Of a stretch of DNA of 64,000 nt, positions 1 through 13,945 are shown one piece after another (position 1 is the stretch's first letter; each line of letters starts with the position of its first letter). A model generated the notes under the pieces. It did not search any database and was not told the DNA's origin. It saw only the letters and a program-made list of their open reading frames with translations. Made by a program: the position numbers and the translations under genes. Where the stretch lies: the NCBI GenBank assembly GCA_951804945.1, contig OX638152.1, forward strand, positions 101,122,001 through 101,186,000. The letters run 5' to 3'. This stretch comes from Podarcis cretensis (taxonomy: Eukaryota).

Positions 1-3000
1 ACAAACAGCAGTCTGCAGAAAACCCAATTGCTGTTTGTTCCAATTAAGCACTAAACCATGGGTTTTCCCAGAGGAAAGCAGCGGGGCAAATGGAAGTGTG
101 GATGACTGACCCCTCCAGTTCAGATTGAAAGAGTTGTTTTTTGCAGACAAAGCTTGGGGGAGCACACTCAGACACAGAGCGTTAAAGTGCAGACATCTGC
201 TTGAAAACAGCGGAACAAAAAGTAAGCGTGGATAAGTCTCTGCAACTTTCTTTTGGATGGAAAACCACAATATTGGATATAAAACAAAGAAACATAAGAG
301 CCCTGCTGCATCAGACCAAAGAACAACTCTTTCCTCAGATGCCTTTTGGAAAGGTCAACATATATATATATTAAATCAAGCAATTATAAATTGGATCCCA
401 CCAGCTAAAATTAGCCTCCACTGACTAATCAACTTAGGTTCCATTTCATTAATCTATTGATTAAAGGTTACAAGTCTAGTTACAGCTTATGATAACACAG
501 GCCTTGTTATCCAGGATTATAATATAAAAATATGAATTATGGTGTGCTTGGAAGGATGAGCACTATAGGGAGATGTGTTGGTAAGCATAAAGTGATTTTC
601 TTTGAAATCTGGAACTAGCTCTATACAGCAGTCATCTGAGAATAGTGTGGTTTTTTAGTGGCCACCAAACATGGTTAGGATTTCACTTCTGTGACTCAAT
701 GTTTTGCTTATTTTTGTGGGTATCTGATAGCATATTCTATGCCAAGCAACTTGAAATTCTGTCATATTAAAAATTAATGCAAGCAAATCAGATCAACAAA
801 ATCACTTAAGGTTCTTCTGGGAAATGTGTATTGTTCATAAAACATGACAATATAAATTACTTTAACTGAGGACAGAAATGCAGAATTAAGAACAGGGCAC
901 ATTTGTTGTTTTGAACAAGTAGCTCTCCATTATATAAAGTCAGCTACAGCTGCATTGTCAAAAAACATTGCTATACCATCCTTAATCTCCATAAGAGGCA
1001 GCACAGGAAGGTGTGAACACAGTCTCAAGGGTGACCTGCCTTTTGCAGGGTAATGGGACACAGGATTTGACATCAGCTCCATGTCCGTGTGGTACATTCA
1101 CACAAACTGGCAGTAGCCAGGGGTGGGCTTTGGTAATATGGAACCCTGAGTGAGGACAAAATTTGCCCCCAAATTTCTTTTTTTCACAATAATTCCTTTT
1201 GAAATTATTTATTTGTATAAATATAGGTGGTGGTTGTTGTTTTACTGCTGTAGCCCAGGTCGAACTGTTCAGAGTTACCAAATACTGATGGAAGTCACAA
1301 TAATAAATTTGCTCATTAGCAAGGCTGTGAAAGCTATCTGTAAATATAGAGAGCAATTTCCTCTGGGAAAGTCACCTCTTCTCTCTCTTGCATGCCATTG
1401 TTGCTAGCATGTCAGAGTGCTCCAGAAAGAGGACGACTTGTGAACAATGGTGGTACGTATGCAACGGGGTGTCATAGTCCCATGCTGTCCAGCCACGGCA
1501 GAGCTCAGTCCTTGCCTGGAGGCAGAGTCCATATGCAAGGTTCAGTCCAGCCTAAGGTCAGGAGTATCTCGGTTCATGTAGTCAGATGGTCCCAAGGTCA
1601 CGAGAAGCAAGAAGCAGCAAGGTCTGGCCAGGAACAGCAAGTGTTGTTTTCAGCCGCTGACTGAGGCTAAAAACCCAGCTTAAGAAAGGCGGAGCCAGCA
1701 GGTACATATGAAGAGCAAGAAGGCTGATCAGCAGCAGATAGAGTCTCTCTGGCTTCTGCTCCTTCAGGCTGCTGCTCAGCAGGTAAAGCCAATTCCTGGC
1801 CCAAGACACTGGGAGGAGAGGTGCTTTTCCAGGGCTAGCACAGAAAAAATAGTTTGTGACCACTAAAAACAGCTGAGCAGGCCAGATCAGCACCCCAGCT
1901 GGTCCTAGATCGTCCCCAAACTTGTCATTACAGAAGTTAATAAATGTTGACCAAATGGCCGACAACAACTTCATTTTCATACATACATTTTCACAATCCC
2001 AAATGTGGCCCTCTATTCTCCCTATTCAGCCTCCAGCAACACTACCCAGGTCATGCCTCCTCCCCAAGCCGTCCCCCTCCCTGGTCTCACTAAATGCCAG
2101 GAGTGTGTCCTCAGAACGTGATGATGGCTCTTCTTTGCCTGGATAAAGGATAGAGAGATGTGGAGGTGAAATCTAAAATTTTCTGGCTTCTGTGTGACTG
2201 CAGTGTAGCCTACCATTCAAAGGAATGAGTGGCATCCCTCATTCCATCCATTTTTCTCTCTGGCCACACTCGTCATTGCCATCAGAGCCCCCTACCCCTT
2301 TGCTACACAATGTCTAAGTAATGACCTCCATACAGAATCCCTGCTGCTTCTGGAGAGACATTATTTCTATAATCAGAATTTAACCAGGGAGTTGTTCATT
2401 TTCATAAATTTCTTCCTGGGGAGTGTAATTGTAGTCGGGTGATGGGGAATCTGTCAGTCATAGGAATGAGTGCTTTTGATATGCATTGCAGCAGAGTATT
2501 GAGGGTAGGGTGTGTGTTTTTTTCTCCTCTCCCCTTCTTCTATTTTTAAAGCTTTCCCAGAGCAAGGAAGAAAAACAGAGACAGTGTCACCGCTTTACTA
2601 AGCAACTGATGATTAAACCAAGGCAAGGAGTCAAAAGGGAGCACTTAATAATTGATTTGCATTGGTGCAACAACTTGGTGTCACTATTAAATGTGTCCAG
2701 TTGCTCCGTAGTCTTGCCCCTGGGCTCAAGGGCTATGTACGTTCTTGGCCATGCTTATGACCCCCTTTGCCTCCACCCACCCGGAGAAGAGATTGCATTT
2801 CTTGTTCAATTTACAGTATATAGCTTTTCCCCGAGATATAAGCTATATAACTGCCTCAAGCCCTGCATAATCATACATTTGTGTTATGAATTTATATGCC
2901 TTTTAGGAAGGATATTACTGAAAAACAAAACCACTATTCATGCCATTTTGATGCAGAAAGCAAGACAAGGGCATTGCATCCATCAGTGTTACATTCACTT

Positions 3001-6000
3001 TTCTTCTCCTCTTTCCCCTCCCCTACCACTTTGAACTCATTTTCTATCACTGGATCACAGATTCTAAATGAGAGCATTTGTTTGGAGCCCCCCCCTTTTT
3101 TTACTATATGTTCTGCAACCCCTTATACAATTGCAGCAGTTTAAATATGCAGCCGCCCGTCCTTTTCTCAATGGAAAGATTTGTAAATATATTCCAAGAG
3201 AAAATTTCCTAAGCTGCAAAACCAAAAGGAGCTAGGAAAATAAATGACCTACAAGCACCAGCACCAGGGTCAGTTATCAAATCTATAACATTGTGTCTTG
3301 AAAGGAAATCATGGGAATGCATACTAAATGCATGACATTATTTTCTCTTTACTCCCAAAGAGGGTATGACTTTCCTGTATTTTATTTTTTTTAAAAGAAC
3401 ACCCAACACGTTCACACTGTAGTTTGTGTCCTGGGCTCTCAGCCTTTCCAAATGGCTTGAGACTTTAAAATTTAATCAAGGGATTTCTTAATGGAGGCTA
3501 AGGAAGAGCAACATCAGAAATACACTTGACAAAAGGGTAACAAATTTCTACTTAATTATTTACAATGGCCCTCTGCTGCTACTTAGAGACAGACTTGCAA
3601 GCATCAAAACTGAGCAGCCTGGAAGGACAAGGGCATCAATTTGTCCTCACACCAAGCAAACAGCTTTCAAGATTGCATCTTGTTGATCTTGATGAAATTA
3701 CAAGTCTAGGATCTGATGCACTGTGCCAGTAATTTATGATCACAGGTCACTGTCAGTTGAATGTTTTCCATACACCCTGAGCTTACTTGTCATTTGCATG
3801 CAATTCATTTTATCATCTAAATGATATTTTTCCATCAAGCCTCCGGGCAGGCAATCGCAACCTGAAAAGGTCTGTATTTTATAAAACCGACCTTTTTCAT
3901 ACATCACAAAATTGCAGTGTTAAAGCAATTAACCTGTTAACTCCAGAACAGGGATTCTTTTGTTGTTTTACCATTTCTGGCTCGACAGACTATGTCACTC
4001 AGTTATGAACCTCGGTACTTATGGACATTTGGTCTTTCCAAAACGTTGTTTATATTTACTTTGTTGATAGGAAATATCTTTCTTTCAGGCAACCACAGAC
4101 TTTTATGTTTTGAAATTTCCAACTGCATTTTCTTTTTGTGAGATGCTGCTTTAAAAAAGAACAATGAGTAAAATTCTGAATAAATATTACTTTAAAAAAA
4201 TAAAAAATAAAAAAGAACAATGAGTGTGCAGTTTGGGGAACTGTGAGGGGGATATCCACTTTCCTCTCACTTTCCAGGACAACTAACATAATGTCTGAAG
4301 ATTTTTCTAGCTGCTAAATCCCAGAAACTTCTGGAGTTCCCAGCAGTAGTCAGAACTGGGAAGAGCACACACTTTTGGCCAGTATAAATAGGATGTTTGT
4401 GATAGACCCTTAACCCAACAACTCGAGGGAGCAGGGGGCTAGGAGAGATTTGCCAAGATTATTTACTGACAGGGTGACCAGAATGACATTTGTATTCCAA
4501 GCAAGGATGAACCACAGATGTATTTAATGGCATTATAATACTTGCTGCCTTATTTTCAGTTTCTTTCTCAATCATTCCAAACACAGAACTAGACTCCCCG
4601 CAACGCCCCGTGCTGCAGCAGACTGTGATACTGTTTTTAGCCAGTTTCCTATTAAGAAGATTAGAAGCAGATTATGGGCCACAAATTGAGATTTGGTGAT
4701 CCTAAAAAACCACTCCTGGCAGCAAATAAACTTCTCAAGTGAGACCTTTGTCATGAATTGAAATAGCTGTCTTTCGGGCTAGCCTTCAGATTGCAAGACT
4801 TCCCTGCTCATTGGCTTCAGTGTTGAGAAGGATGGGCTTGACATCAATAAAAGAACCCATAGCTGAGTGAAAGAACAAGACAGTACAGCATAGACACCTT
4901 AGACAGCAAGTTGCGAGTGTCAGCCCCCATGGCTGTTTCCATCCTCCCAAGCTGGTACCCTAGTGGGAGGGATACTAGTTTCCTGCTGGTCTGGGATGGA
5001 TGGCAGGCAGCCCCACCTAGTTGCCTTCTCCCAAGGTGTGTGTGAACTTAACTGTTTTTGTTTACTTTTCTGTTGCTATTTTGTTAATGTTGTTTTATAG
5101 ATTAAACGTTCCTCATCTATTAGACCTTGCTTTGCATGTCTGAAAGCCTCCCATATGGCAATGGTGAAGGCATTTGGAAGAGCAAAGCAATGACTCAAAG
5201 ACGCTTCTCTTTACAGCACTGGCTGGCTGCACTGTTAAGTAAAATTGCTTAATTGACACTGAAATGGAAAATGTCTGTATGTATGTTGCTAACATTAAGA
5301 AATCCATTGGAGTATACTAAGCTAGAAACAGCTCTCTCTGAGCTCTAGCTGAGTTGATAATTAACAGTTGTTGTTCTCTGTTAGTCCTCATGTGAGTGTT
5401 TAACCTTAGATCACGTGAGGGTATTCAATTGCAAATCTCCATCTTGAATGGAGTTGCTTTTCTGGTCTTTCTCAAGAAGCCACAGTGAGAACAAAGGATG
5501 TTGCAAATGAGCCTTAGGCTGGAATGTAGGGGTAGTCCTGTCATACCTGGTTACACCCCTGCTGAGCATGGCAAGTTCAAATAAAATTTATTCTAGCCAG
5601 AGCCCTAGGTTCTTGCTCTGATTCTCACTGGGCAGAACTCCACCTTACTCCACAAAGAGATGAGAACTTAAGTGATGCGCATGCATGTGCAAATTAGCTC
5701 ATGCATGCAGCTTCAGAAAACCAATGGTAAATTAGCCTATAAGATGCTGAGATGAGTTCAAAAGGTATTATCATAAAGGCACGTGTAAATCGCTGGCTTT
5801 CCTGCTATGATTTATTATTCAGACAATCCACTTTCTATGAGTGCTTCCTAAATATGTGCTTTACCAGTTATAATTACTTTGACAATGTTTCAAGATGCTG
5901 ATAGACTCATTTAATTAGCAACAGGAAAGTCAGATGAGTGATTGCATCTGACCCCTGCAGTTCACAATGGCATGAGTTCTGCCACAGCTCTTAGGCAAGC

Positions 6001-6494
6001 GCCTGGCCACTGGCTGCTTTCTTATCAACTCCTAATTAGAGGGGCTTAAGTACCTGCTTTTTAAAATACAAACTTTCTGTCTGTTGTGCTGCAGTGTGCA
6101 CAATCCTCTTCGGGTAGCTGTGAAATAAAGCAGACCTTATTGACTCAGAAATGAAACAAGTACAAAACTGTTCCTCACCCCCACCCCACCCTCCGGCTCA
6201 TGGCCTCCCAATCCCTGTGTCATTGGCATTTTTTTATTATTATTATCTACCCCGCCCACAAGGTTTCATAGAGCTTTCAGGTTCACAAAGTATCAAAAAT
6301 AAGTAAAAAAAATGTAATTAAAGGACAAACTAGGCATATGCAATTGTCACATCATTTGGTGTTATATAGCTGTTTTCATTCTTTGTTTCTTCATTTGTCT
6401 TGAAAGCAGCCAGCAAAGGGCAGTGGAGTTGGGAAAGCCAGATTGGGAGTATCATTCAAGGAAAGTTGCATGTTCAGACCCAGAGACACCCCCC

Positions 6495-7270
6495 CCCCCA
6501 AATAAAGACACATTTGACTCAAATTTTAGTTTTGGTTTTTGGCAGAATTTTATTGATTACAGAAAAGTGAGCAGTTGCATAGGCTCTGGTTCGACTAGTT
6601 ACCTACACCCTTGCAGGTAGCGCTGATCCAGAGCTCTATCATAGTTCAGCCAAGGGTGAACACCTGAGGCAGGTGAAAAGCCTGGGAACAAATCCTGTTC
6701 ACCCCCCCCCCCAGATGTTCCCCTGGACTCAGGCATGGGCACAACCCCCTTTCAGGGGTTGACCAAACCAAGTTGAGTCCCTGGGTTGCTTTAACGGAAT
6801 ACCCTTCACATAGGGATGGCGAGACCATTCTCCCATCCCTATCACATGAACCAGTGCCTATCTGCAACCTTACAAGTTGTGACGAATGGCTACATGGCAG
6901 GCGAAACCCAAATGGCAACAGCCAATCAGCCAAGTGGGGAAAATTCCTGCCATGCCCCTGCCCCAATGACAGACGACACACGACGGCATATCAAGGTCAA
7001 TCACAAAATGCCCTAAAATTAGGGAGAGGTGGGCGGGTGTTCCGAATGCACGAGCTGAAAGAGGAAGCTCTGGGACATGTGCATGGGTTTATATTGGTCC
7101 CTTGATCCGTTTAGCCTGCACTCCATTGGCCAGATTAAACCCAGCAATGAGGGACCTACCAATTGGGTGTTGTAGCTATCCAATATACCCACCCACAACC
7201 AGGAGGTCAGTCTTCAGGTCTCACCAGAACATGGGCCCTCTTTTAGGGAGGACACGATGAGCTTTAATCC
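6495..7270 (-). mobile_element. Solo terminal repeat (copy A) of an LTR-like or Ngaro/DIRS-type retroelement
   Basis: Reverse complement is clearly homologous to 58920-59683 and 42670-43000 (ggcaggggc..tgg.agga.ttttYccca.ttggctgattggc; agggtattccgttaaag; gttcaccctt; AATAAA near the 3' end). Boundaries approximate; family is inferred. Confidence 0.65.
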
Positions 7271-7284
7271 AGTAACTGGGAGCC

Positions 7285-7315
<31 letters not shown>

Positions 7316-9857
7316 GATATCCACCCACCTACACCCCTGATGTTGCTAGCCAACAATCTCTTCCTCTTTGAGCATTGGCTATGTTGACTGGCACTCAGGA
7401 TCTTCATCCCTACTTTAACCCTTTGTCCTCTCTGCAGTACCATTTGGAATCTGCTGCCCCATTCCTGCTATTTGGAATAGGTGGATAGCTCCCATTTAGG
7501 TCAGTTTCATTTGGTGTGGTGGGGTCACAACTTTTCTAAATGTTGACTTCTCTTGGTGCTGGACTAACACTCACTTCTACCTCAGAGTTCTGGATCCGTC
7601 TCACTTTGTTCAGGCTTGCTTTTCCTGAATCAGGTAATCCATCTTTACAATAGTATTGAGCTGAAGGTGTTGGTTTTCTTTTTGAAGCTTTGTGTGTTCT
7701 CCGAAAATAAGACTGAACTCTAATACCAGGGAGATTTCATTGGAGAAAGGAGTAAGTTTATGAAGAATGTATTAAGAATTGCCATGGGTTTGGTATTATT
7801 TGTTGCGCATTTATTAAAACTTCTAATAAAAGCTTTATAAAAACGTTGCCTTTGTAACTGATTTCCCCTCACCTTTGTGGTTCAAAATAAAATAAAAGAC
7901 AAGTTTCATTATTAGAAGCCCCATGTGATAGGCTACACTGCTGTATCCTGGAGAGCAAATATTTGAATTGTCATACTAAACAAGCATATGAGAGAGAAGA
8001 TTCTAACCTATCTCTTCTACCTGATATTCTAGTTTTGAATATGCACAAAGATGCAGTTGTTGCTTACAAGGCTCATCCTTCAAACATTGTCTTGGTAAAC
8101 ATGGGTCTATTATTATAGGGACAAGTCTTCTCAGCATGTGAAGATTGGAAATTTTTGCTTCAGAGTTCAGATAACCATTGTTTAGCAATACAGCTGAACC
8201 TGACTGTAGTTAATCATAACTATGGGTTAATTGAAACAAACCAGAGCCACAAACCATGGCTTATTGTTGGTTGGTTGGTTGGTTGGTTGGTTGGTTGCTT
8301 GTTTCAACTACACATAGCTGTTTGAATGCTAAGCTGTGGTTTATTATATCTGGAAGTGATTTTTAAAAATCTTTTCCTCACATGGATAAGGGGGTGCAAT
8401 GTGGAATTCTGGATTAGAGGAGTAAGATTAGGGTTGTTCTAATAATGATAAACCATTATGTATTGTTAAGTCGAAATGCAGCCCTTGTTTGTTAGTGCAC
8501 GCCTATGCATGATTACTCAGAAGTAAGTCCTTATTTTTCTTACTCGCTAGTAACTGAACTTATGATTGCAGTCTAAGGTTGCAATCCTATATCCACCTAC
8601 CCTGGGAGTAAGCCTAATTGATATAAGGATAAAGTATACAGCCTTCATCTCTAACAAAGTCCTGGAGGCCACTGTGAGGTTGCTATGCAATTCCTAGGCA
8701 AGCCTTGGGGCATGGAGTGCAGAGAGTTCTGTCATTTCAGCTTTCAGCTTTTGAACTCTATGCACATGATGTGTTGAGAGCTCTGTTGCTTGCTTTCAAT
8801 GAAGATGCTAAATTGAGACATCACTGAATCCTTCAAACATAAAGCATTTATATATGTGGATTTATTTTTAACCCTCTGCCTATGTCCATTCATTGACTGT
8901 AATGGAACAGCAGTAGATGCTTTTCACATGTTTTGCTGTAAAAGGGGGGAAAGGGAGCAAATAAAGGGATAAAGATGACAGGAGAATGAGGTAAGAAAAT
9001 GGGAGCCTAAGAATGACAACAAAAAAACCCTCTCATCCTAGCACACCACTTTTTCTTTCCTCTCTTATTTTTGGAAACTCAGTAATGATCTAGCTAAAAT
9101 GACATTCATTTTACAATGTTTTCATTAATTCTTAAATGATTTAACAACAGAAGTGTGGAATGAATAAATTATACATTAAGCATTAGAACATCAATTACAA
9201 CTTATTTTTACTGTACTACTACAAGGGATGAGAAACTGTCTTCTGATTCTTGAGACAGCTGCAAAATAAACTAGCATCTTTATTGACAGTACACAGATTT
9301 ATAAAGGATAACTTGAGATTCCTCTCATAGTCAAGTAGCATGTTCAAAGCTTATCTGAATCACTTTTCCATATGCACTATGGGTGCTTTCTTCTTCAAGT
9401 TCCCATTTTTAAGGGATAAGATGCCGGCAGCCTTATCTTTGCATAAGCCTGTTCCTCCAAAGAAAGAGTACAGGCAGGTCTGAATAGAGAAGGTAGATTT
9501 TTACAGTTAGGTTTCTCTACATTGGTGTATTTTTATCTTATCTTATTTTATTACTTTCTTGATCACATCTGTACAAGTCAAGAAAGTTGGTGTGCTGAAT
9601 AGAGAACTGAGCTTAGACTGCAGAAACTGGGTTTCAGATCCTTGCTCAGCCCTTCTGACCACACAAGCTTGTTGTGAAGATTAAAAGGGGGGATGCAGGA
9701 AGGTTGTTATAAAAATATAAATCATTTCATTTATACTGGCTGTATTATACCAGCTTATCAGTCACTCTTAGTGTAGCAGGAACCCCCCCACCCCAATCAT
9801 TCTGTTTGTACAAACTTCACACACACTCACACTCACACACTACATACACTATGCTTC

Positions 9858-10600
9858 TGTTATAAATTCATAGAAAATCAACCATACATTGGATTTGCAC
9901 TGTTCCACTTTTATTTTACTCCATGAAGGAAGGACTACAAAATGGGGCAGGTTTGATACAGGGCAGCCATAATCCCTTCAGCATCCCAGCACATACACAG
10001 GTGCCCTGCCCAGTTGCTATGCCAACCCTGATGGTCCCAGACAGAAGACAATCAAGATCACAAAGAACTTGCATATGGGAGTGGATTCAGCATGGACTTG
10101 AAACAAAGGACACTGATCAGATCTTCCCTCAGGGGGCAGGAAACTGCAAACTCCCCTTTGTCTCCTGGAAGTTCCTGGAAGTGACTCATGGGGAGGGGGA
10201 AAGGAGGAACCAGCCAGGTGACAAGACACTCAGGTTACCACCAACCCCTCCTTTCTGTAATGTATGCATGATGTTACCACCACAACTCCTCCCTCAACCC
10301 CTCCTTTCTGTAATGTATGCATGATGTTACCACCACAACTCCTCCCTCAACCCCTCCTTTCTGTAATGTATGCATGATGTTTCTGGGGGTGGGCTAGACC
10401 TAGAGGAGGGGAATTTCAAAAGTTTTTATAAGGTCTTGCACACCATTATTCTGGGTCTTTCCTCTCTCCTGCAAGTGAGGGGAATACCCTGTTGCAACAG
10501 TTCAATAAAGACCAAGCCTACAGGCTGCTGTTTTGCTCCAAGTTATCCTGGTTGGTGTCTTTGTTTTGTCCAAGGGAGCCCTCGGATTTTTCCTGTAACA
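9858..10600 (+). mobile_element. Solo LTR-like element
   Basis: Starts TGTTA and ends TAACA; TATA-like ttttataag ~10425; AATAAA ~10504; internal tandem repeat. No TSD found, so the 5' boundary is uncertain. Confidence 0.55.
10242..10381 (+). repeat. 53-bp tandem repeat, ~2.6 identical copies
   Basis: Unit caacccctcctttctgtaatgtatgcatgatgttaccaccacaactcctccct starts at 10242, 10295 and 10348. Confidence 0.95.
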
Positions 10601-11057
10601 TTAGAAAGGTTGAATGTAGGGCAGTTCTCCAGACCCATAAACAGTGCTCTTCTTCTAGATAAAAAGGTGCCAGTAGTGTGTATCCTTGAGTACCCCCCCC
10701 CCCAAAAAAAAGCTCTGCCCATAAATACAAGACCAAGGTCTTTGGGTTTATACCTGCATTGTGTTTCCTACCATGCATAATGGCACAGCTTTGAAGCACA
10801 CATTTTTTGTAACATCAGTGTATTGCAATTATCCCATACATGAACCCAAGGCTCTCCATCGAACACTGCAGCCATTATGCCACACTGGTAAAAGTCCTCT
10901 GTAAAATTGAGCACAGTGACCAGCGTATTATTGGCTATTTTCCTCTTAGCTTCTCTGCTCCAGCCCTCCTTTCCTAAACCTGTCCACTCCAGCCCACTTC
11001 TTCTGACCCTTTTACTCATTCTGTCCTCAGCTTTTGGGACCTCCTCTCACCCCTCTG

Positions 11058-11101
11058 TCTCCCCTGTTCTCCCCTGTTCTCCCCTGTTCTCCCCTGTTCT
11101 C
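11058..11101 (+). repeat. 10-bp minisatellite (CTCCCCTGTT)n
   Basis: About 4 direct copies visible. Confidence 0.9.
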
Positions 11102-11467
11102 ACCAGGATCTAGCAGCCCACTCAGTGGCAACCTCTCCAAGCAGCAACTGTTGTCTTCCTGAGCTGCTTGCATGATTCTCTTCTCACTGGTTGGCCACTG
11201 TAGGAAACAGGGTGCTAGAAAAGATGGGCCATTTCCCTGACCTAGCTTGGCTCTTCTTATTTTCACATGCTCCTCCCCTCTTGGCAACATGATGAGAATC
11301 CAGCCAGTCACTACTAAAGCCTTCCTCACCGCCATTTCCAATACACAAAATCTCCTTCTACACTACAGTCCATGCATTACTTTAATCAAGGTGCACTGAC
11401 TTTTATTTACAATTTTTGGGTTCTCTGTAAATTGTAACTCATACTGTTCTCATCATAGCACCATGTC

Positions 11468-11501
<34 letters not shown>

Positions 11502-13622
11502 TAGATGCCCTTTTTACAATCCTGGTTATATACATATTTCAGCAAAGATAATGTGTTGCATGATATATGGGAGAAAATTGTTTTAAAATGTTTTTTTAAA
11601 AGAGACTTTGAATGGGTTAAATATGTTGCTAAATCAATACAGCATACCTCATTCCAGAGTAACACTTATCTCTCTTCAAACATCCTAATTACCATCTCAC
11701 ATCAAAACATTGACAAAGAAAACTCATTTCAGATCAATTTCTTATGATAGATCCCTTTTAATGATTGCTATCCATGGAGTGCAAGTTTTAATTTGTTAAG
11801 CTGACATAAAAATTAGCTCAGGTTTTCACTTACGGTTCTCTCTTCGGCGCATGGAACCAGATGGCAGTGAAAAATCAGATAAGGGAGAAATAAAGTTAGC
11901 GGGAGAAATTGGAATTGCTTAAAACTGCACATCATTTGAAAAATATGTTTTAAAAATTGAATCCCTTTCTTTAAGCTGTTCAGCAATAGCCACTAAATAT
12001 CCTTGGGTATTTAATTTACTTTTTGCTCGTCATTAAATTAAGATGAAGAAGCACACATTTCTGACAATAGGTCAGATGAGCTCCAGTTTTTTTCTTTTCC
12101 TGCACACCTTGGATGCGTTAAACACTTTTCCCTCTGAAGGGGAGCTCCACTTCCTGTCCTAGGAGAATACTTTTCTTGCCCAGCCTATAAATAATGAGCC
12201 ACTTTAAGGTACCTGTGTAAACAGAGAAGATTCTGGCATTACACTGTGATACAACTGGAAGTCCAGGTCATGTTAATGGAAATATACCACCACATGTCAA
12301 AACCAAACAAAAAAATCATGTGGGCTCTTTCCCCATAGCTGACATTTTATATTCTTCAACAGCTTTAAAGATCCCTAGAATTCAACCTATCCTAGGTCAC
12401 AACTATTAAGATCTCCTGAAGTATCAAAGATCCTTCTGTTACCTGGATTCAATATTTAGTGGATTCCATGTTCTAACACAAGCTCTATGACTCATCAGTT
12501 TGAATAGAATTAAGAAACAAAATTCCTTAATTCCTTATTACTGGTTTAATAAATCATGTATGGTCTGAAACGGGGAGGATTGGGCGGCTGACTGGCTCTT
12601 GAAGAAACTCTGTGCCAAATCCTTGTTTTTGAAATATAAACTGTTGCCTCCTGAGAATAATTGTAGCTCATATTCTTAAGAAGGAAATAATGGAGAGAAC
12701 CTTAATCGTCTCCTTTGCTTCAAAGTGTGTTTGCTTTTTATTTATTTCTGTTAAATGTAATTAAGGAGAAACCCACTTGCCTAGCAAAATGGGAAATGGA
12801 GTCATTGTGGACTTACATTTCCTAAGGCCCGAGCAACAGAGCTAATAAATTTGCCTGGGCTGCACCACTATTTCTAGACAGGCACACACACCAACTGGAG
12901 CATTTGTAGGAAAAGGTGAATTCAAAAAGCACTAAATTCAAGTCGGAAAGGAATTCACACTGTGGCTGCAAAAGAAGAAAGGAAGACTAGGGAGTACATT
13001 AACACTTAAGAATGCCCCCCCCCCATTCTTCCTTTGCAGCTGTGTCATATAATGTCAGGTGATCAACAGGTATGCAACCTCAATCCAGCTCCCCATCATT
13101 GCCCTAGGCACTTAAAAGTCATCCTTTGGGAGATGGTGCATAGATCCATTATTAAGGTCCAGCACTTAGAAAAATAAATAAACTAAAAATAGAACCCTTT
13201 TGTGCAAGTGCTTAGCCATTCAACAAAAAGGTTCTCCCTCGCTGAGCAGCCTTTTGGACATGTACCCAAAAAGCAGATGGATCAATTTTAAAGTTAACTA
13301 AACATGGATAGAATCTCATTTTACATTATTACCAAAAATCTTTCATTTGCTTCAAAGCTCCTCCGATGTTTTCCCTAATCTAACCCACACATTTGCTTAT
13401 GACCTTCCATCATGCAAAATCTGGTGATGAGCAAGGGGTATGCAAAATTACATGGAAGTATTGACAGTCTTTCTGAATTTTCCTCTCGCTGCCTTTAGAA
13501 TTGTTCAGATGACTGAGCTCAAGGACCTTGCCCACCCAAAACTTGGTGACAACTGTATTTTCAGTTCAGAGTATGTTTATTTTTCTAGGGAGCAGGTGTC
13601 AAGCAGGTACTTCACATACAAG

Positions 13623-13945
13623 ACAGAGCCTAGGGCTTGCCGATCAAAAGGTCAGTGGTTTGAATCCCCACGGCGGGGTGAGCTCCCGTTGCTCAGTCTC
13701 AGCTCCTGCCAACCTAGCAGTTTGGAAGCACGTCAAAGTGCAAGTAGATAAATAGGTACCACTCCAGTGGGAAGGTAAATGGTGTTTCCATGTGCTGCTC
13801 TAGTTCACCAGAAGCGGCTTAGTCATGCTGGCCACATGATCCGGAAGCTGTACGCCGGCTCCCTCGGCCAATAAAGTGAGATGAGCGCCGCAACCCCAGA
13901 GTCGTCCACAACTGGACCTAACGGTCAGGGGTCCCTTTACCTTTA
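13623..13945 (+). mobile_element. Sauria SINE (lacertid-type), slightly 5'-truncated
   Basis: tRNA-like B box ggtttgaatcc, core gcaagtagataaataggtacc, 3' tail ccctttaccttta. Confidence 0.92.

Noticed and set aside
1470-2300. Gypsy-like solo LTR on the minus strand
   Set aside because: Composition is suggestive, but I could not define matching termini or a TSD.
2486-3034. 182-aa ORF and other long ORFs (e.g. 27099-27596, 54494-54991, 55918-56442) as host genes
   Set aside because: No recognisable domains, mostly non-ATG starts, and several run through MITE, LINE or microsatellite sequence.
10242-10381. CRISPR-like array
   Set aside because: Units are identical head-to-tail with no unique spacers; eukaryotic context.
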